Assembly (NCBI GenBank): GCA_964388115.1
Contig: CAYLYK010000001.1
Span: 1,001,205 to 1,065,204, forward strand
Source: an uncultured Hyphomicrobiales bacterium
GTDB lineage: Bacteria; Pseudomonadota; Alphaproteobacteria; Reyranellales; JAQSWP01
Reading direction: 5' to 3'
DNA: 64,000 nt
Part shown: positions 1 to 9,896 of the stretch, piece by piece
Layout of the letters: each line of letters starts with the position of its first letter
How positions within the stretch are numbered: the stretch's first letter is position 1
Notes under the pieces: model-generated
Database searches by the model: none
Told to the model about the DNA's origin: nothing
What the model saw: only the letters and a program-made list of their open reading frames with translations
Made by a program: the position numbers and the translations under genes

Positions 1-487
1 TCGCCGTCGGGTCGATCCAGCGCCGCTCGTCTTCGCGCGCCAGCACGGCCGGCATACGATCATGCACATGCGCGATCTCCGAAGCCGGGGCTCTGGTCAG
101 CATCACCACGCGTTCGCCGTCGGTTAAGCCGGCAAAGCTGAAGCTCTGCTGTCCCGCGGGTTGCAGACGATGCTTGCGTTTGCGCCGGGCGCCTTCGATC
201 GCCTGCCACTCGAACCAGCCTGTTGCGGGGATCAGACAGCGCTGCTCGAGCAAGGGCCGGAAACTGGTTTTCTCCGCAATCGTCTCGCTGCGCGCGTTGA
301 TGATCAGCTTGTTGTCCCAGCTTGCCCTCAGTCCCCAGCGTCGCATGGCGGCGCCCTCGCGCGTGATCACCAACACCGCATTGTCGGGTCGAATGTTGAG
401 GGAGTGGTTATACTCGGGCGGCGCCTTGAGGCCATACAGGGCCAGCAGCTGCGCCGGCGACAGCGTGTTCTCGTAATTTGCGCACAT
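1..487 (-). CDS. SOS response-associated peptidase (SRAP/YedK, DUF159), partial; C-terminus lies beyond the window edge
   Basis: Not in the ORF track because it runs off the edge. My manual minus-strand translation from the ATG at 487 gives MCANYENTLSPAQLLALYGL...INARSETIAEK...RCLIPATGWFEW...HVHDRMPAVLARED. This shows the Cys2 nucleophile plus conserved SRAP motifs. Confidence 0.85.
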   Translation of the reverse strand, partial: MCANYENTLSPAQLLALYGLKAPPEYNHSLNIRPDNAVLVITREGAAMRRWGLRASWDNKLIINARSETIAEKTSFRPLLEQRCLIPATGWFEWQAIEGARRKRKHRLQPAGQQSFSFAGLTDGERVVMLTRAPASEIAHVHDRMPAVLAREDERRWIDPTA

Positions 488-493
488 GCGCCC

Positions 494-901
494 TCAGGCG
501 CCGGCGGAGACGACGACGTAGCGCTTGAACAGCGCCCGCAATTCCTGCAGCACGGCATCGTCGACGTCGCCTTCCACCAATTTGTCTTCAAGCGGCTTCA
601 GGCGTTTCTTGATCAAGGTCGGCGTGCGATTGGAGTGGAGTAGGGCGTAAAGCATCTCGTAGCTGGTGAGTTCGCGGCCATGGCCATTGGTGGCGCGCGG
701 CCGCTCCGCCTGCTGTGGCGGTTCCGCAGCCGCGCCATTCCTGGTCAGCGAAACACTCTGCGCGCCCAGCAGCGTTTCCCACGACACGCCCGAATTCTTC
801 ACCAGCATGTGGGCGCGACGCGCAGCGGCCAAGGCTTCGCCGTCATGGACACTGCCCATCAACTCGAGAATTTTGGCCAGCTGCTGTCTGTTGAGCGCCA
901 T
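494..901 (-). CDS. Hypothetical small protein (135 aa) upstream of and coupled to the SRAP gene
   Basis: The ORF ends 6 nt before the SRAP ATG. The N-terminus LAKILELMGSVHDGEALAAARRAHMLV resembles the helical DUF2786-type motif. No clear SD. Non-shadow-like composition with K/E/L-rich C-terminus. Confidence 0.6.
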   Translation of the reverse strand: MALNRQQLAKILELMGSVHDGEALAAARRAHMLVKNSGVSWETLLGAQSVSLTRNGAAAEPPQQAERPRATNGHGRELTSYEMLYALLHSNRTPTLIKKRLKPLEDKLVEGDVDDAVLQELRALFKRYVVVSAGA

Positions 902-985
902 TGCCGCGCGCCGAAAGGAAAATTGAGCCAGCCGTCACTTTGACCGATTCGCCGGCGCTTGGAAAGATTGTGGATTGTAATATGC

Positions 986-2209
986 CTATTCGGCTGCCGC
1001 ACGCAGCAGCCCCAGCCGACCCCAGATGTCAGTCAGCGCCTGCAGCAGGTCGGTCATCATGGCGTCCGTATGCAGGGGCGTCGGCGTCAGGCGCAGCCGC
1101 TCCGCGCCGCGCGGCACGGTCGGATAATTGATCGGCTGAACATAAATGCCGTGGCGTTCCAGCAGCAGGTCGCTGGCCAGCTTGCAGCGATCGGCATCGC
1201 CTACGAAAAGCGGCACGATATGGCTGTCGGACGGCATGACCGGGAGGCCTGCGGCAGCCAGCTTGCGTTTCAACGTGGCGGCCCGCTCCTGATGGCGGTC
1301 GCGGATCTCGGGGTGCCGGCGCAGATGGCGCACGCTGGCGAGCGCGCCGGCGGCGATCGATGGCGGCAGGGCGGAGGTGAAGATGAAGCCCGCACCGAAG
1401 CTGCGCACGAAATCGACCAACTCGCTGCTCGACGCGATATAGCCGCCAATGACGCCGAAAGCTTTGGCCAGCGTGCCTTGCACCAGATCGACCTTGTCGA
1501 GCACGCCGTCGCGCTCGGCCACGCCAGCGCCCTGGGCGCCATACATGCCGACCGCGTGTACCTCGTCGAGATAGGTCAGCGCGCCGTAGCGATGGGCGAC
1601 ATCGCACAATTCGCCGATGGGCGAGATGTCGCCATCCATCGAATAGACGGACTCAAAGGCCACTATCTTGGCGGCTTCGGGATCGGCTTGGCGCAGCAGG
1701 CGCTCCAGGTCGGCCGCATCGTTATGCCGGAAGATATGCCGCTTGGCGCCGGAGTGTCGGATGCCGGCGATCATCGAGGCATGGTTCAGCGCATCCGAGA
1801 AGATGATGCAGTTGGGCAGTTTGCTGCCCAGAGTCTGCAGCGCGGTTTCGTTGGCGACATAACCTGACGTAAATACCAGCGCCGCTTCCTTGCCATGCAG
1901 ATCGGCCAGTTCGCGCTCCAGCAGCACGTGATTGTGGTTGGTGCCGGAAATGTTGCGCGTGCCGCCCGCGCCGGCGCCGGAAACTTCCAGGGCCTGCCGC
2001 ATGGCGTTCAGCACGACTTCGTGCTGGCCCATGCCCAAATAGTCGTTGGAGCACCAGACGGTGACTTTCTCGACCTTGCCGTCGCGATGGTTGCGGGCGA
2101 AGGGGAAATTGCCGACCTCACGCTCGAGATCGGCGAAGACGCGATAGCGGCCTTCTGCCTGCAATTGCTCGAGCGAGCGGCGGAAAAAACTTTGATAGTC
2201 CATTGTCAT
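986..2209 (-). CDS. hemA: 5-aminolevulinate synthase
   Basis: 407 aa. [14 protein letters not shown]...[13 protein letters not shown]...[11 protein letters not shown]...SVYSMDGD is the typical alphaproteobacterial ALAS / alpha-oxoamine synthase PLP pattern. Confidence 0.95.
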   Translation of the reverse strand: MTMDYQSFFRRSLEQLQAEGRYRVFADLEREVGNFPFARNHRDGKVEKVTVWCSNDYLGMGQHEVVLNAMRQALEVSGAGAGGTRNISGTNHNHVLLERELADLHGKEAALVFTSGYVANETALQTLGSKLPNCIIFSDALNHASMIAGIRHSGAKRHIFRHNDAADLERLLRQADPEAAKIVAFESVYSMDGDISPIGELCDVAHRYGALTYLDEVHAVGMYGAQGAGVAERDGVLDKVDLVQGTLAKAFGVIGGYIASSSELVDFVRSFGAGFIFTSALPPSIAAGALASVRHLRRHPEIRDRHQERAATLKRKLAAAGLPVMPSDSHIVPLFVGDADRCKLASDLLLERHGIYVQPINYPTVPRGAERLRLTPTPLHTDAMMTDLLQALTDIWGRLGLLRAAAE

Positions 2210-2270
2210 CCCAATGCGGCTGACTGAACGGGCCGCACCGCATGAGTATCAACTCAGTCCCCGGTAGTCC

Positions 2271-2284
2271 TTGATTTATATCAA
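2271..2284. promoter_or_regulatory. FNR/FixK-type anaerobox TTGATTTATATCAA (TTGAT-N4-ATCAA, perfect palindrome)
   Basis: Read directly in the hemA/MFS divergent intergenic region. Its centre is about 68 nt upstream of the hemA ATG (2209). Confidence 0.6.
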
Positions 2285-2298
2285 GAAGTTTCGTTCCT

Positions 2299-3576
2299 AT
2301 GGGTGGCGCATTGCCGCATGGCTGCGCTTCCAGAAATAGACAGATTGAGCCTGTCATTATTCCCGATAATCCCCCCGTGAACCGACAATTCCCGTTTTAT
2401 CTCGGTAGCTTGGGCGCCTGGTACGGCGGGCTCGGCCTGCAGTTCGTCATGTTTCCCTGGCTGGTGGCGGTGGTGCTGCAAGCACCTGCCCATCTGGTGG
2501 GCATCGCCCAGACCGCGCTGATGGCGCCCTCGATCCTGTTCATTCTGCTGGGCGGGGCGGTCGCGGACCGCAACGACGGTCGCCGACTGCTGATCCGCTA
2601 TCATCTTCTCTGCGCCGTCCCGCCTCTGGCCCTGGCCGGAGTTATTGGCACGGGCAATCTCAGCTTCGCCGCGGTGGTGATTTTCGGCCTGGCCATGGGC
2701 ACGCTGGGCGCCTTCGCCATGCCCGCGCGCGATGCGCTGCTGGGCCACGTCGCCGGAACCAACATTGCCCGCGCCGTGGCCGTCGTGACCGGCGTGCAGT
2801 TCCTCTCGCAGTTGATCGGCATGGTCGGGGCCAGCCAGGCGGAGGCGCTGGGCGCGCCGATGCTGCTGGCCATCCAAGCCACGATCATGGCGTTGGGGGC
2901 GGCGGCCTGTTGGAAGCTTTTACCCGCGCCGCCACGTGCGCCGGCGGAGCAGAGCGGTCGCTTCGCCGCCATCGTCGAGGGCATGCGCGAGGCCTTCTCA
3001 ACCGCCAGCATCTGGCCGGTCATCGTCGCCATGCTGGGCATCGGCATCTTCTACATCGGCGCGTTCAACGTGCTACTGCCGGTGATGGCGCGCGACGATT
3101 ACGGCGGTGGCGCGCGCGAGATCGCCATGGTCAATTTCTTCTTCTGGGGCGGGGCGCTGGTCTCGATCTTTGCCCAGGTGCGGCTGGGGCAGTTGCGCCA
3201 TCCGGGCAAGGCGATGCTGGTGTCGCTCTTCCTCTCCGCCCTCGTGCTGATCGCCATGTCGCTGCGCCTGCCGTTCTATGGCTTGTGCGCGCTGTGCGCT
3301 GCCTGGGGCATCAGCGCCGGCATCAACATGACCCAGGGCCGCACCATCGTTCAGATGGCATCGCCGCCTTCGCACCGCGCGCGCATCCTGTCGCTATTCC
3401 AGCTCGGCTTCATGGGGGGCGCTCCGATCGGAACACTCCTCATCGGCTATCTCGCCGAGGCCACCGACGTGCACACCGCCTGCATCCCACCGGCGGTGGT
3501 CATGCTGGGCCTGCTGCTCTTCCTGCGCCTGCGCTCGCAGCTATGGCAGCACCGATCCGCCGATCTCAGCCTTTGA
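2299..3576 (+). CDS. MFS transporter (12-TM type); true start possibly the GTG at 2377
   Basis: Hydrophobic multi-TM sequence with an MFS-like loop (AVADRNDGRRLL). The first 26 codons look non-native. VNRQFPFYLGSL begins at 2377. Confidence 0.8.
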   Translation: MGGALPHGCASRNRQIEPVIIPDNPPVNRQFPFYLGSLGAWYGGLGLQFVMFPWLVAVVLQAPAHLVGIAQTALMAPSILFILLGGAVADRNDGRRLLIRYHLLCAVPPLALAGVIGTGNLSFAAVVIFGLAMGTLGAFAMPARDALLGHVAGTNIARAVAVVTGVQFLSQLIGMVGASQAEALGAPMLLAIQATIMALGAAACWKLLPAPPRAPAEQSGRFAAIVEGMREAFSTASIWPVIVAMLGIGIFYIGAFNVLLPVMARDDYGGGAREIAMVNFFFWGGALVSIFAQVRLGQLRHPGKAMLVSLFLSALVLIAMSLRLPFYGLCALCAAWGISAGINMTQGRTIVQMASPPSHRARILSLFQLGFMGGAPIGTLLIGYLAEATDVHTACIPPAVVMLGLLLFLRLRSQLWQHRSADLSL

Positions 3577-4957
3577 ATTCGCCCGCCGCGCGCAGATCGG
3601 CAAGCGTCAGATCGAGCGCCTTGGTCACGCGGACGAACATCTCGTCGATGTCGGCCACGGTCATCACCAGCGGCGGCGAGAAGGCGATGGAATCGCCCAT
3701 GTTGCGCTGGATCAGGCCGTTGTTCTGAGCGTGCTTGGCAACGAGGCCACCCGCGCCGGCGGCGACGGGGAAGGCCTCGCGACTCTTCTTGTTCTTCACC
3801 ATCTCAACGGCGCCGATCATGCCTATGCCGCGCACCTCGCCGATCAGCGGATGCTCGCCCAGCTTGCGCAAGCCCGCCTGCATGACCGGCCCGACCTTGC
3901 GAACATGCCCAACCAAATCGATCTCGTCGTAGATTTTCAGCGTCTCGCAGGCGACAGCGGCCGGCACAGGGTGGCCTGAATAGGTATAGCCATGCCCGAA
4001 CGTGCCGATCTTTTCGCTTTCCAGAAGCATCGCCTGCCATATCTTCTCATTCACCATCACCGCCGAAATCGGCAGGAACGAGGCCGATAGCGCCTTGGCG
4101 CAGGTCAGGATGTCCGGCTTGATGTCGAAAGTCTGGCAGCCCCAGTAATTGCCGGTGCGGCCGAAGCCGCAGATCACTTCGTCGGCAATGAACAGCACGT
4201 CGTGCTTCTTCAACACCGCCTGGATCTTTTCGTAATACGTGGCGGGCGGCACGATGACGCCGCCGGCGCCCATCACTGGCTCGGCGATGAAGGCGGCGAC
4301 GGTTTCGGGGCCTTCTCGCTGGATCATCGCATCGAGCGACTCGGCCAGGCGCGTGGCGAACTGCTCCTCCGTCTCGCCCGGCTGGCCGAAGCGATAGAAG
4401 TGCGGGCAGTCGGTGTGCAGCACATTGGCAATCGGCAGATCGAAGTCGCGATGGTTGTTGGGCAGACCGGTCATGCTGGCCGCGGCGATGGTGACGCCGT
4501 GATAGCCCTTGATGCGCGAGATGACTTTCTTCTTCTTCGGCCGGTCGAGCGCGTTGTTGTAGTACCAGACCAGCTTCAGCGCGCTGTCGTTGGCTTCCGA
4601 GCCGGAATTGGCGAAGAACACGCGGGCCATGGGGGCCGGGGCGCGCTTCAACAGCATTTCGGCCAATTCGATCATCGGCTCGTGCGATTTGCTGGCGAAG
4701 CCATGATAGAAGGGCAACTGCCGCATCTGCTTCAATGCTGCCTGAACCAGCCGCTCGTTGTCGAAGCCGAGCGAGGCGCTCCACAGACCGGCCATGCCCT
4801 CGAGATAGTCGTTGCCCGAATCGTCGTAGACCCGGACGCCTTTGCCGCGGGCGATGACCAGCGGACCTTCCGTCAGATGCTTCTTCAACTGGGTGTAGGG
4901 ATGGACGACCGAGGCGATGTCGCGCGCCTGCAGCGAGTTGGGAGCGTTGTGAGTCAC
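3566..4957 (-). CDS. Class-III (omega) aminotransferase, PLP-dependent
   Basis: GLWSASLGF, FANSGSEANDSALK and ADEVICGFGRTG motifs. I place the start at GTG 4957, preceded by AAGGAG at 6-nt spacing. The ORF-track start at 5125 adds an implausible leader. Confidence 0.9.
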   Translation of the reverse strand: MTHNAPNSLQARDIASVVHPYTQLKKHLTEGPLVIARGKGVRVYDDSGNDYLEGMAGLWSASLGFDNERLVQAALKQMRQLPFYHGFASKSHEPMIELAEMLLKRAPAPMARVFFANSGSEANDSALKLVWYYNNALDRPKKKKVISRIKGYHGVTIAAASMTGLPNNHRDFDLPIANVLHTDCPHFYRFGQPGETEEQFATRLAESLDAMIQREGPETVAAFIAEPVMGAGGVIVPPATYYEKIQAVLKKHDVLFIADEVICGFGRTGNYWGCQTFDIKPDILTCAKALSASFLPISAVMVNEKIWQAMLLESEKIGTFGHGYTYSGHPVPAAVACETLKIYDEIDLVGHVRKVGPVMQAGLRKLGEHPLIGEVRGIGMIGAVEMVKNKKSREAFPVAAGAGGLVAKHAQNNGLIQRNMGDSIAFSPPLVMTVADIDEMFVRVTKALDLTLADLRAAGEFKG

Positions 4958-5276
4958 TGTCGTCTCCTTAAGGCCTGTCCGGCTACGGGCGGGTAATGCT
5001 GCGTTGCAATGTCGAATTCGATCGGCCAGCGTAAAGCCAATGCGGGCGCTAGACCAGACGGGTTCTCGACAGAAACCGTCGCCCGGCGCATCGGCTGTGC
5101 CGTTTTCGGTCTTGTTGCCTGACAAACCACGCTCCGTGGCGCTACGCGATTGACTCGCCTAACGGAGTGTTCTACGCGATAGGCCAAGGACATGCCGGCA
5201 TTCCGCCGGATTCTGTCCAGAATGTCAGAGCCCGTCCGGCAAAGGGCGGCTAAACACAAATTGGGAGACGAGATCC

Positions 5277-6896
5277 ATGAAAATCGGTTTCAGGACGCTA
5301 GTCCTGGCGGCAGGCGCGATGGCGCTTTCGTCGATGGCGTCGGGAACGGCGCTGGCGCAGGGCAAGGTGTTCAAGTGGGCCAATGACGGCGACGTCAACT
5401 CGATGGACCCCTATGCGCGCAACGAGACCTTCCTTCTTTCCTTCCTGAACAACGTTTATGAAGGCCTGGTTCGCCGCGACGGCAATCTGAAGCTCGAGCC
5501 TTCGCTGGCCACTTCATGGAAGCTGACCTCGCCCACGACCTGGGAGTTCAAGCTCCGCCAGGGCGTGAAGTTCCATGACGGCACGCCGTTCGTCGCCGAC
5601 GATGTCGTGTTCTCCATCAATCGCGCCAACACCGGCGCGTCGAACATGAAGGGCTACTTCGTGTCGATGAAGGAGATTCGCAAGGTCGACGAGCAGACCG
5701 TGGTGCTTGAGACCAAGTATCCCGACCCGCTGATGGTCGACAAGCTGGCGCAGATCTTCATCATGTCCAAGTCCTGGGCCGAGAAGAACAACGCCGTTGC
5801 GGTCGCCGACCTGACCAAGCCGGACGAGAGCAATTTCGCGACCCGCAACGCCAACGGCACCGGCCCCTTCAAGCTGCAAAGCCGCGAGCCGGACGTGAAG
5901 ACCGTGCTCGTCAAGAACACGGCCTGGTGGGACAAGATGCCGGGCAACATCGATGTGGCCGAGTTCAACCGCATCGCCAATGCCGCTACCCGCACCGCGG
6001 CTCTGCGTTCGGGCGAAGTGCACTTCGTCTACACCGTCCCGCCGCAGGACGAAGACGCGCTGTCGAAGGACGCCAATACCAAGGTGGTCGCCGGCCGCGA
6101 GACCCGCGTCGTCTATCTCGGCTTCGACCAGGAGCGGCCGGAGCTTCTGAAGTCCAACGTCAAGGGCAAGAATCCGTTCAAGGACGTGCGCGTGCGCAAG
6201 GCGTTCATGGCGGCGATCGACGTCGAAGCCATGAAGCGCACCATCATGCGCGGCCAGTCCTTCCCGACCGCGCTGATGGTCGGTCAGGGCATCAACGGCT
6301 ACTTCAAGGAGCTCGATGTGCGTCCGAAGCTGGACGTCGAGGGCGCCAAGAAGATGCTGGCCGATGCCGGTTATCCTCAGGGCTTCGAAGTCGGCATGGA
6401 TTGCCCGAACGATCGCTACGTGCAAGACGAAGCGATCTGCAAGGCGGTCGTATCGATGCTGGCTCGCATCAACGTCAAGGTGAACCTGAACGCGCAGACG
6501 CGCGCCAAGTACTTCGCCGAGATCCTGCGCAAGCCGGACTACAGCCCGGGCAATACCAGCTTCTTCATGCTGGGCTGGTCGCCGGCCTCGACCTACGACG
6601 CGCATAACGTGCTGGAGCAGCTGATCCAGACCCCGAGCGCGGCGACCAAGAAGGGCGGCTTCAATCCGGGCGGCTATTCGAACAAGAAGATCGACGAGCT
6701 GTCGGACAAGATCGAGCAGGAGACCGACAAGGCCAAGCGCGACGCCATGCTGAAGGAAGCGCAGAAGATCCATCTCGACGAAGTGGGTCATATTCCGCTG
6801 CATCAGCAGGCCGTCGTGTGGGCCATGCGCAAGAACGTCGACGTCGTTCAGCGGGCGGATAACGTCTTTCCGCTGATGTACGTTAAGATGAAGTAA
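5277..6896 (+). CDS. ABC transporter substrate-binding protein, family 5 (peptide/nickel, DppA-like)
   Basis: Signal peptide MKIGFRTLVLAAGAMALSSMASGTALA, 539 aa with SBP_bac_5-like sequence. Followed by permease and ATPase genes. Confidence 0.9.
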   Translation: MKIGFRTLVLAAGAMALSSMASGTALAQGKVFKWANDGDVNSMDPYARNETFLLSFLNNVYEGLVRRDGNLKLEPSLATSWKLTSPTTWEFKLRQGVKFHDGTPFVADDVVFSINRANTGASNMKGYFVSMKEIRKVDEQTVVLETKYPDPLMVDKLAQIFIMSKSWAEKNNAVAVADLTKPDESNFATRNANGTGPFKLQSREPDVKTVLVKNTAWWDKMPGNIDVAEFNRIANAATRTAALRSGEVHFVYTVPPQDEDALSKDANTKVVAGRETRVVYLGFDQERPELLKSNVKGKNPFKDVRVRKAFMAAIDVEAMKRTIMRGQSFPTALMVGQGINGYFKELDVRPKLDVEGAKKMLADAGYPQGFEVGMDCPNDRYVQDEAICKAVVSMLARINVKVNLNAQTRAKYFAEILRKPDYSPGNTSFFMLGWSPASTYDAHNVLEQLIQTPSAATKKGGFNPGGYSNKKIDELSDKIEQETDKAKRDAMLKEAQKIHLDEVGHIPLHQQAVVWAMRKNVDVVQRADNVFPLMYVKMK

Positions 6897-6914
6897 GCGC
6901 GACTTAGAAGAACA

Positions 6915-6953
6915 GGAATGGTCCGGACGGAAGTCCGGGCCATTCCGCTTTTA
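6915..6953 (+). terminator. Intra-operon stem-loop / attenuator between the SBP and permease genes
   Basis: GGAATGGTCCGGAC-GGAA-GTCCGGGCCATTCC forms a 14-bp stem with one G-U pair and a GGAA loop. It is followed by GCTTTTA. Confidence 0.6.
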
Positions 6954-6958
6954 TCCCG

Positions 6959-7942
<984 letters not shown>

Positions 7943-7943
7943 A

Positions 7944-8867
7944 ATGGCCGGTCTTGCCGCAGTGCTGCACAGGGCATGGGACAGCGACGTCGCCTACAGC
8001 TTCCGTAAGTCGCCGGTGGTCGTCGCCGCTGGGATCATGACCTTCCTGCTGTTTATGGCGGCCCTGTTCGCGCCTTTGATCTCGCCGTTCGATCCGCTCG
8101 ATCTCGGCTCCATCGATCTCGTCAACGGCCTGTTGCCGCCGGCCTGGATCGAAGGCGGCAATCCGGACTTTCTGCTGGGCACCGACGAGCAGGGCCGCGA
8201 CATGCTGTCGGCGATTTTCTACGCGCTGCGGATTTCGCTGTTCGTCGGCTTCATCTCGGTCCTACTCGCCATGGTGATCGGCATCACGCTGGGGCTGATC
8301 AGCGGCTATGTCGGCGGCGCGGTCGACGCCGTCATCATGCGCGCGGCCGATGTGCAGCTGACGTTTCCGGCCATCCTGGTGGCGCTGCTGATCAACGGCA
8401 TCGCCCGCGGCATCATCGGCAACGAGCGCTTCGATGAACTGGCTGTGATCGTCGTCATTCTGGCGATCGGCCTGTCGTTCTGGGTGCAGTATGCGCGCAC
8501 AGTGCGCGGTTCGGTGCTGGTCGAGAAGAACAAGGAATACGTGCTGGCCGCCAAGGTAATTGGATTGCATCCGCTGCTGATCCTGTTCCGTCACATCCTC
8601 CCCAACGTCATGGGTCCGGTGCTGGTTATCGCCACGATCAACCTGGCGCTGGCCATTATCACGGAAGCGACGCTCTCATTCCTGGGCGTCGGCCTGCCCG
8701 CCACGCAGCCGTCCCTGGGACGACTGATCGAGGAGGGCAATCGTCTGCTGCAGAGCGGCGAATGGTGGGTGGCGCTGATGCCTTCGATCGCGCTGGTGCT
8801 GCTGGTGCTGTCGGTCAACCTGCTGGGGGATTGGCTGCGTGATGCGCTCAATCCCAAGCTGCGCTAG
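7944..8867 (+). CDS. ABC transporter permease (DppC-like)
   Basis: ATG at 7944 lies 1 nt after the upstream stop and is preceded by GGAGG. The ORF-track start is 7920. Multi-TM permease sequence. Confidence 0.9.
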   Translation: MAGLAAVLHRAWDSDVAYSFRKSPVVVAAGIMTFLLFMAALFAPLISPFDPLDLGSIDLVNGLLPPAWIEGGNPDFLLGTDEQGRDMLSAIFYALRISLFVGFISVLLAMVIGITLGLISGYVGGAVDAVIMRAADVQLTFPAILVALLINGIARGIIGNERFDELAVIVVILAIGLSFWVQYARTVRGSVLVEKNKEYVLAAKVIGLHPLLILFRHILPNVMGPVLVIATINLALAIITEATLSFLGVGLPATQPSLGRLIEEGNRLLQSGEWWVALMPSIALVLLVLSVNLLGDWLRDALNPKLR

Positions 8868-8876
8868 GCGGGCTGC

Positions 8877-9896
8877 ATGAACATCGCCAACCAGCCCTTG
8901 CTCGAAGTGCGCAATCTGCGCGTCGAGTTTCCCACCCGCCGCGGCACGTTGCTGGCGGTGGACGACGTTTCCTTCCAGATCGCGCCGGGCGAAGTGCTGG
9001 GCGTGGTGGGCGAATCGGGCGCCGGCAAATCGCTGACCGGCGCCGCGATCATCGGCCTGCTGGAGCCGCCCGGCCGCGTCGCCGGCGGCGAAATCCTGCT
9101 GGCCGGACGGCGCATCGACAATCTGGGCTACGACGAGATGCGCAAGGTGCGCGGCGCGCAGATCGGCGCGATTTTCCAGGATCCGCTGACCAGCCTCAAC
9201 CCGCTCTACACCGTGGGCCGCCAGCTCACTGAGACGATCCTGACCCATATCAAGATGACGCCGCAACAGGCGCGTACCCGCGCCATCGATCTCCTGAAGG
9301 AGGTCGGCATTCCGGCCGCTGAGCAGCGCATCGATCACTACCCGCATCAGTTCTCGGGCGGCATGCGTCAACGCGTGGTGATCGCGCTGGCGCTTTGCGC
9401 CAATCCCAAGCTAATCATCGCCGACGAGCCGACGACGGCGCTGGACGTGTCCATCCAGGCGCAGATTATTGCGCTGCTGAAGAGGCTGTGTCGCGAGCAT
9501 GGTACGGCGGTGATGCTGGTGACGCACGACATGGGCGTCATCGCTGAGACCGCCGATCGCGTGGCGGTGATGTATGCCGGCCGCATCGCCGAGATCGGTC
9601 CGGTGCGCGATGTCGTGAAGAGCGCGCATCATCCCTATACCAGCGGCCTGATGGGCTCGATCCCGTCCGTCGGTGGCGAGCAGGGCAGGTTGACCCAAAT
9701 CGAAGGCTCCATGCCGCGCCTGACAGAGATTCCTTCAGGCTGCGCTTTCAACCCGCGCTGCCCGCAGGCGGGCCAGCGCTGCACCGTCGAGCGGCCCGAC
9801 CTCATTCCGGCCGGCCGCTCGTTCGCCGCCTGCTGGCTTTACGATGCTGCGGGCGTCGGCCCGAAACTGCGCCAGGCGGAGGTCGTCAATGGCTGA
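8877..9896 (+). CDS. ABC transporter ATP-binding protein (DppD-like)
   Basis: Walker A GESGAGKS, signature FSGGMRQR, Walker B IIADEPTTALD. Oligopeptide-type C-terminal extension. Confidence 0.92.
   Translation: MNIANQPLLEVRNLRVEFPTRRGTLLAVDDVSFQIAPGEVLGVVGESGAGKSLTGAAIIGLLEPPGRVAGGEILLAGRRIDNLGYDEMRKVRGAQIGAIFQDPLTSLNPLYTVGRQLTETILTHIKMTPQQARTRAIDLLKEVGIPAAEQRIDHYPHQFSGGMRQRVVIALALCANPKLIIADEPTTALDVSIQAQIIALLKRLCREHGTAVMLVTHDMGVIAETADRVAVMYAGRIAEIGPVRDVVKSAHHPYTSGLMGSIPSVGGEQGRLTQIEGSMPRLTEIPSGCAFNPRCPQAGQRCTVERPDLIPAGRSFAACWLYDAAGVGPKLRQAEVVNG

Noticed and set aside
161-643. 160-aa plus-strand ORF
   Set aside because: It lies antisense to the well-supported SRAP gene and the small partner gene. 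Its A/G/R/P-rich composition is typical of high-GC shadow ORFs.
966-978. Tandem GATTGT-G-GATTGT as a regulatory site for the SRAP operon
   Set aside because: It is too short and unsupported. It sits just downstream of the hemA stop codon (986-988) and could be coincidental. It is mentioned only within the SRAP finding.
5514-6803. 429-aa minus-strand ORF
   Set aside because: It lies antisense to the family-5 SBP gene. The sequence is R/A/G/L/H-rich with no recognisable motifs.
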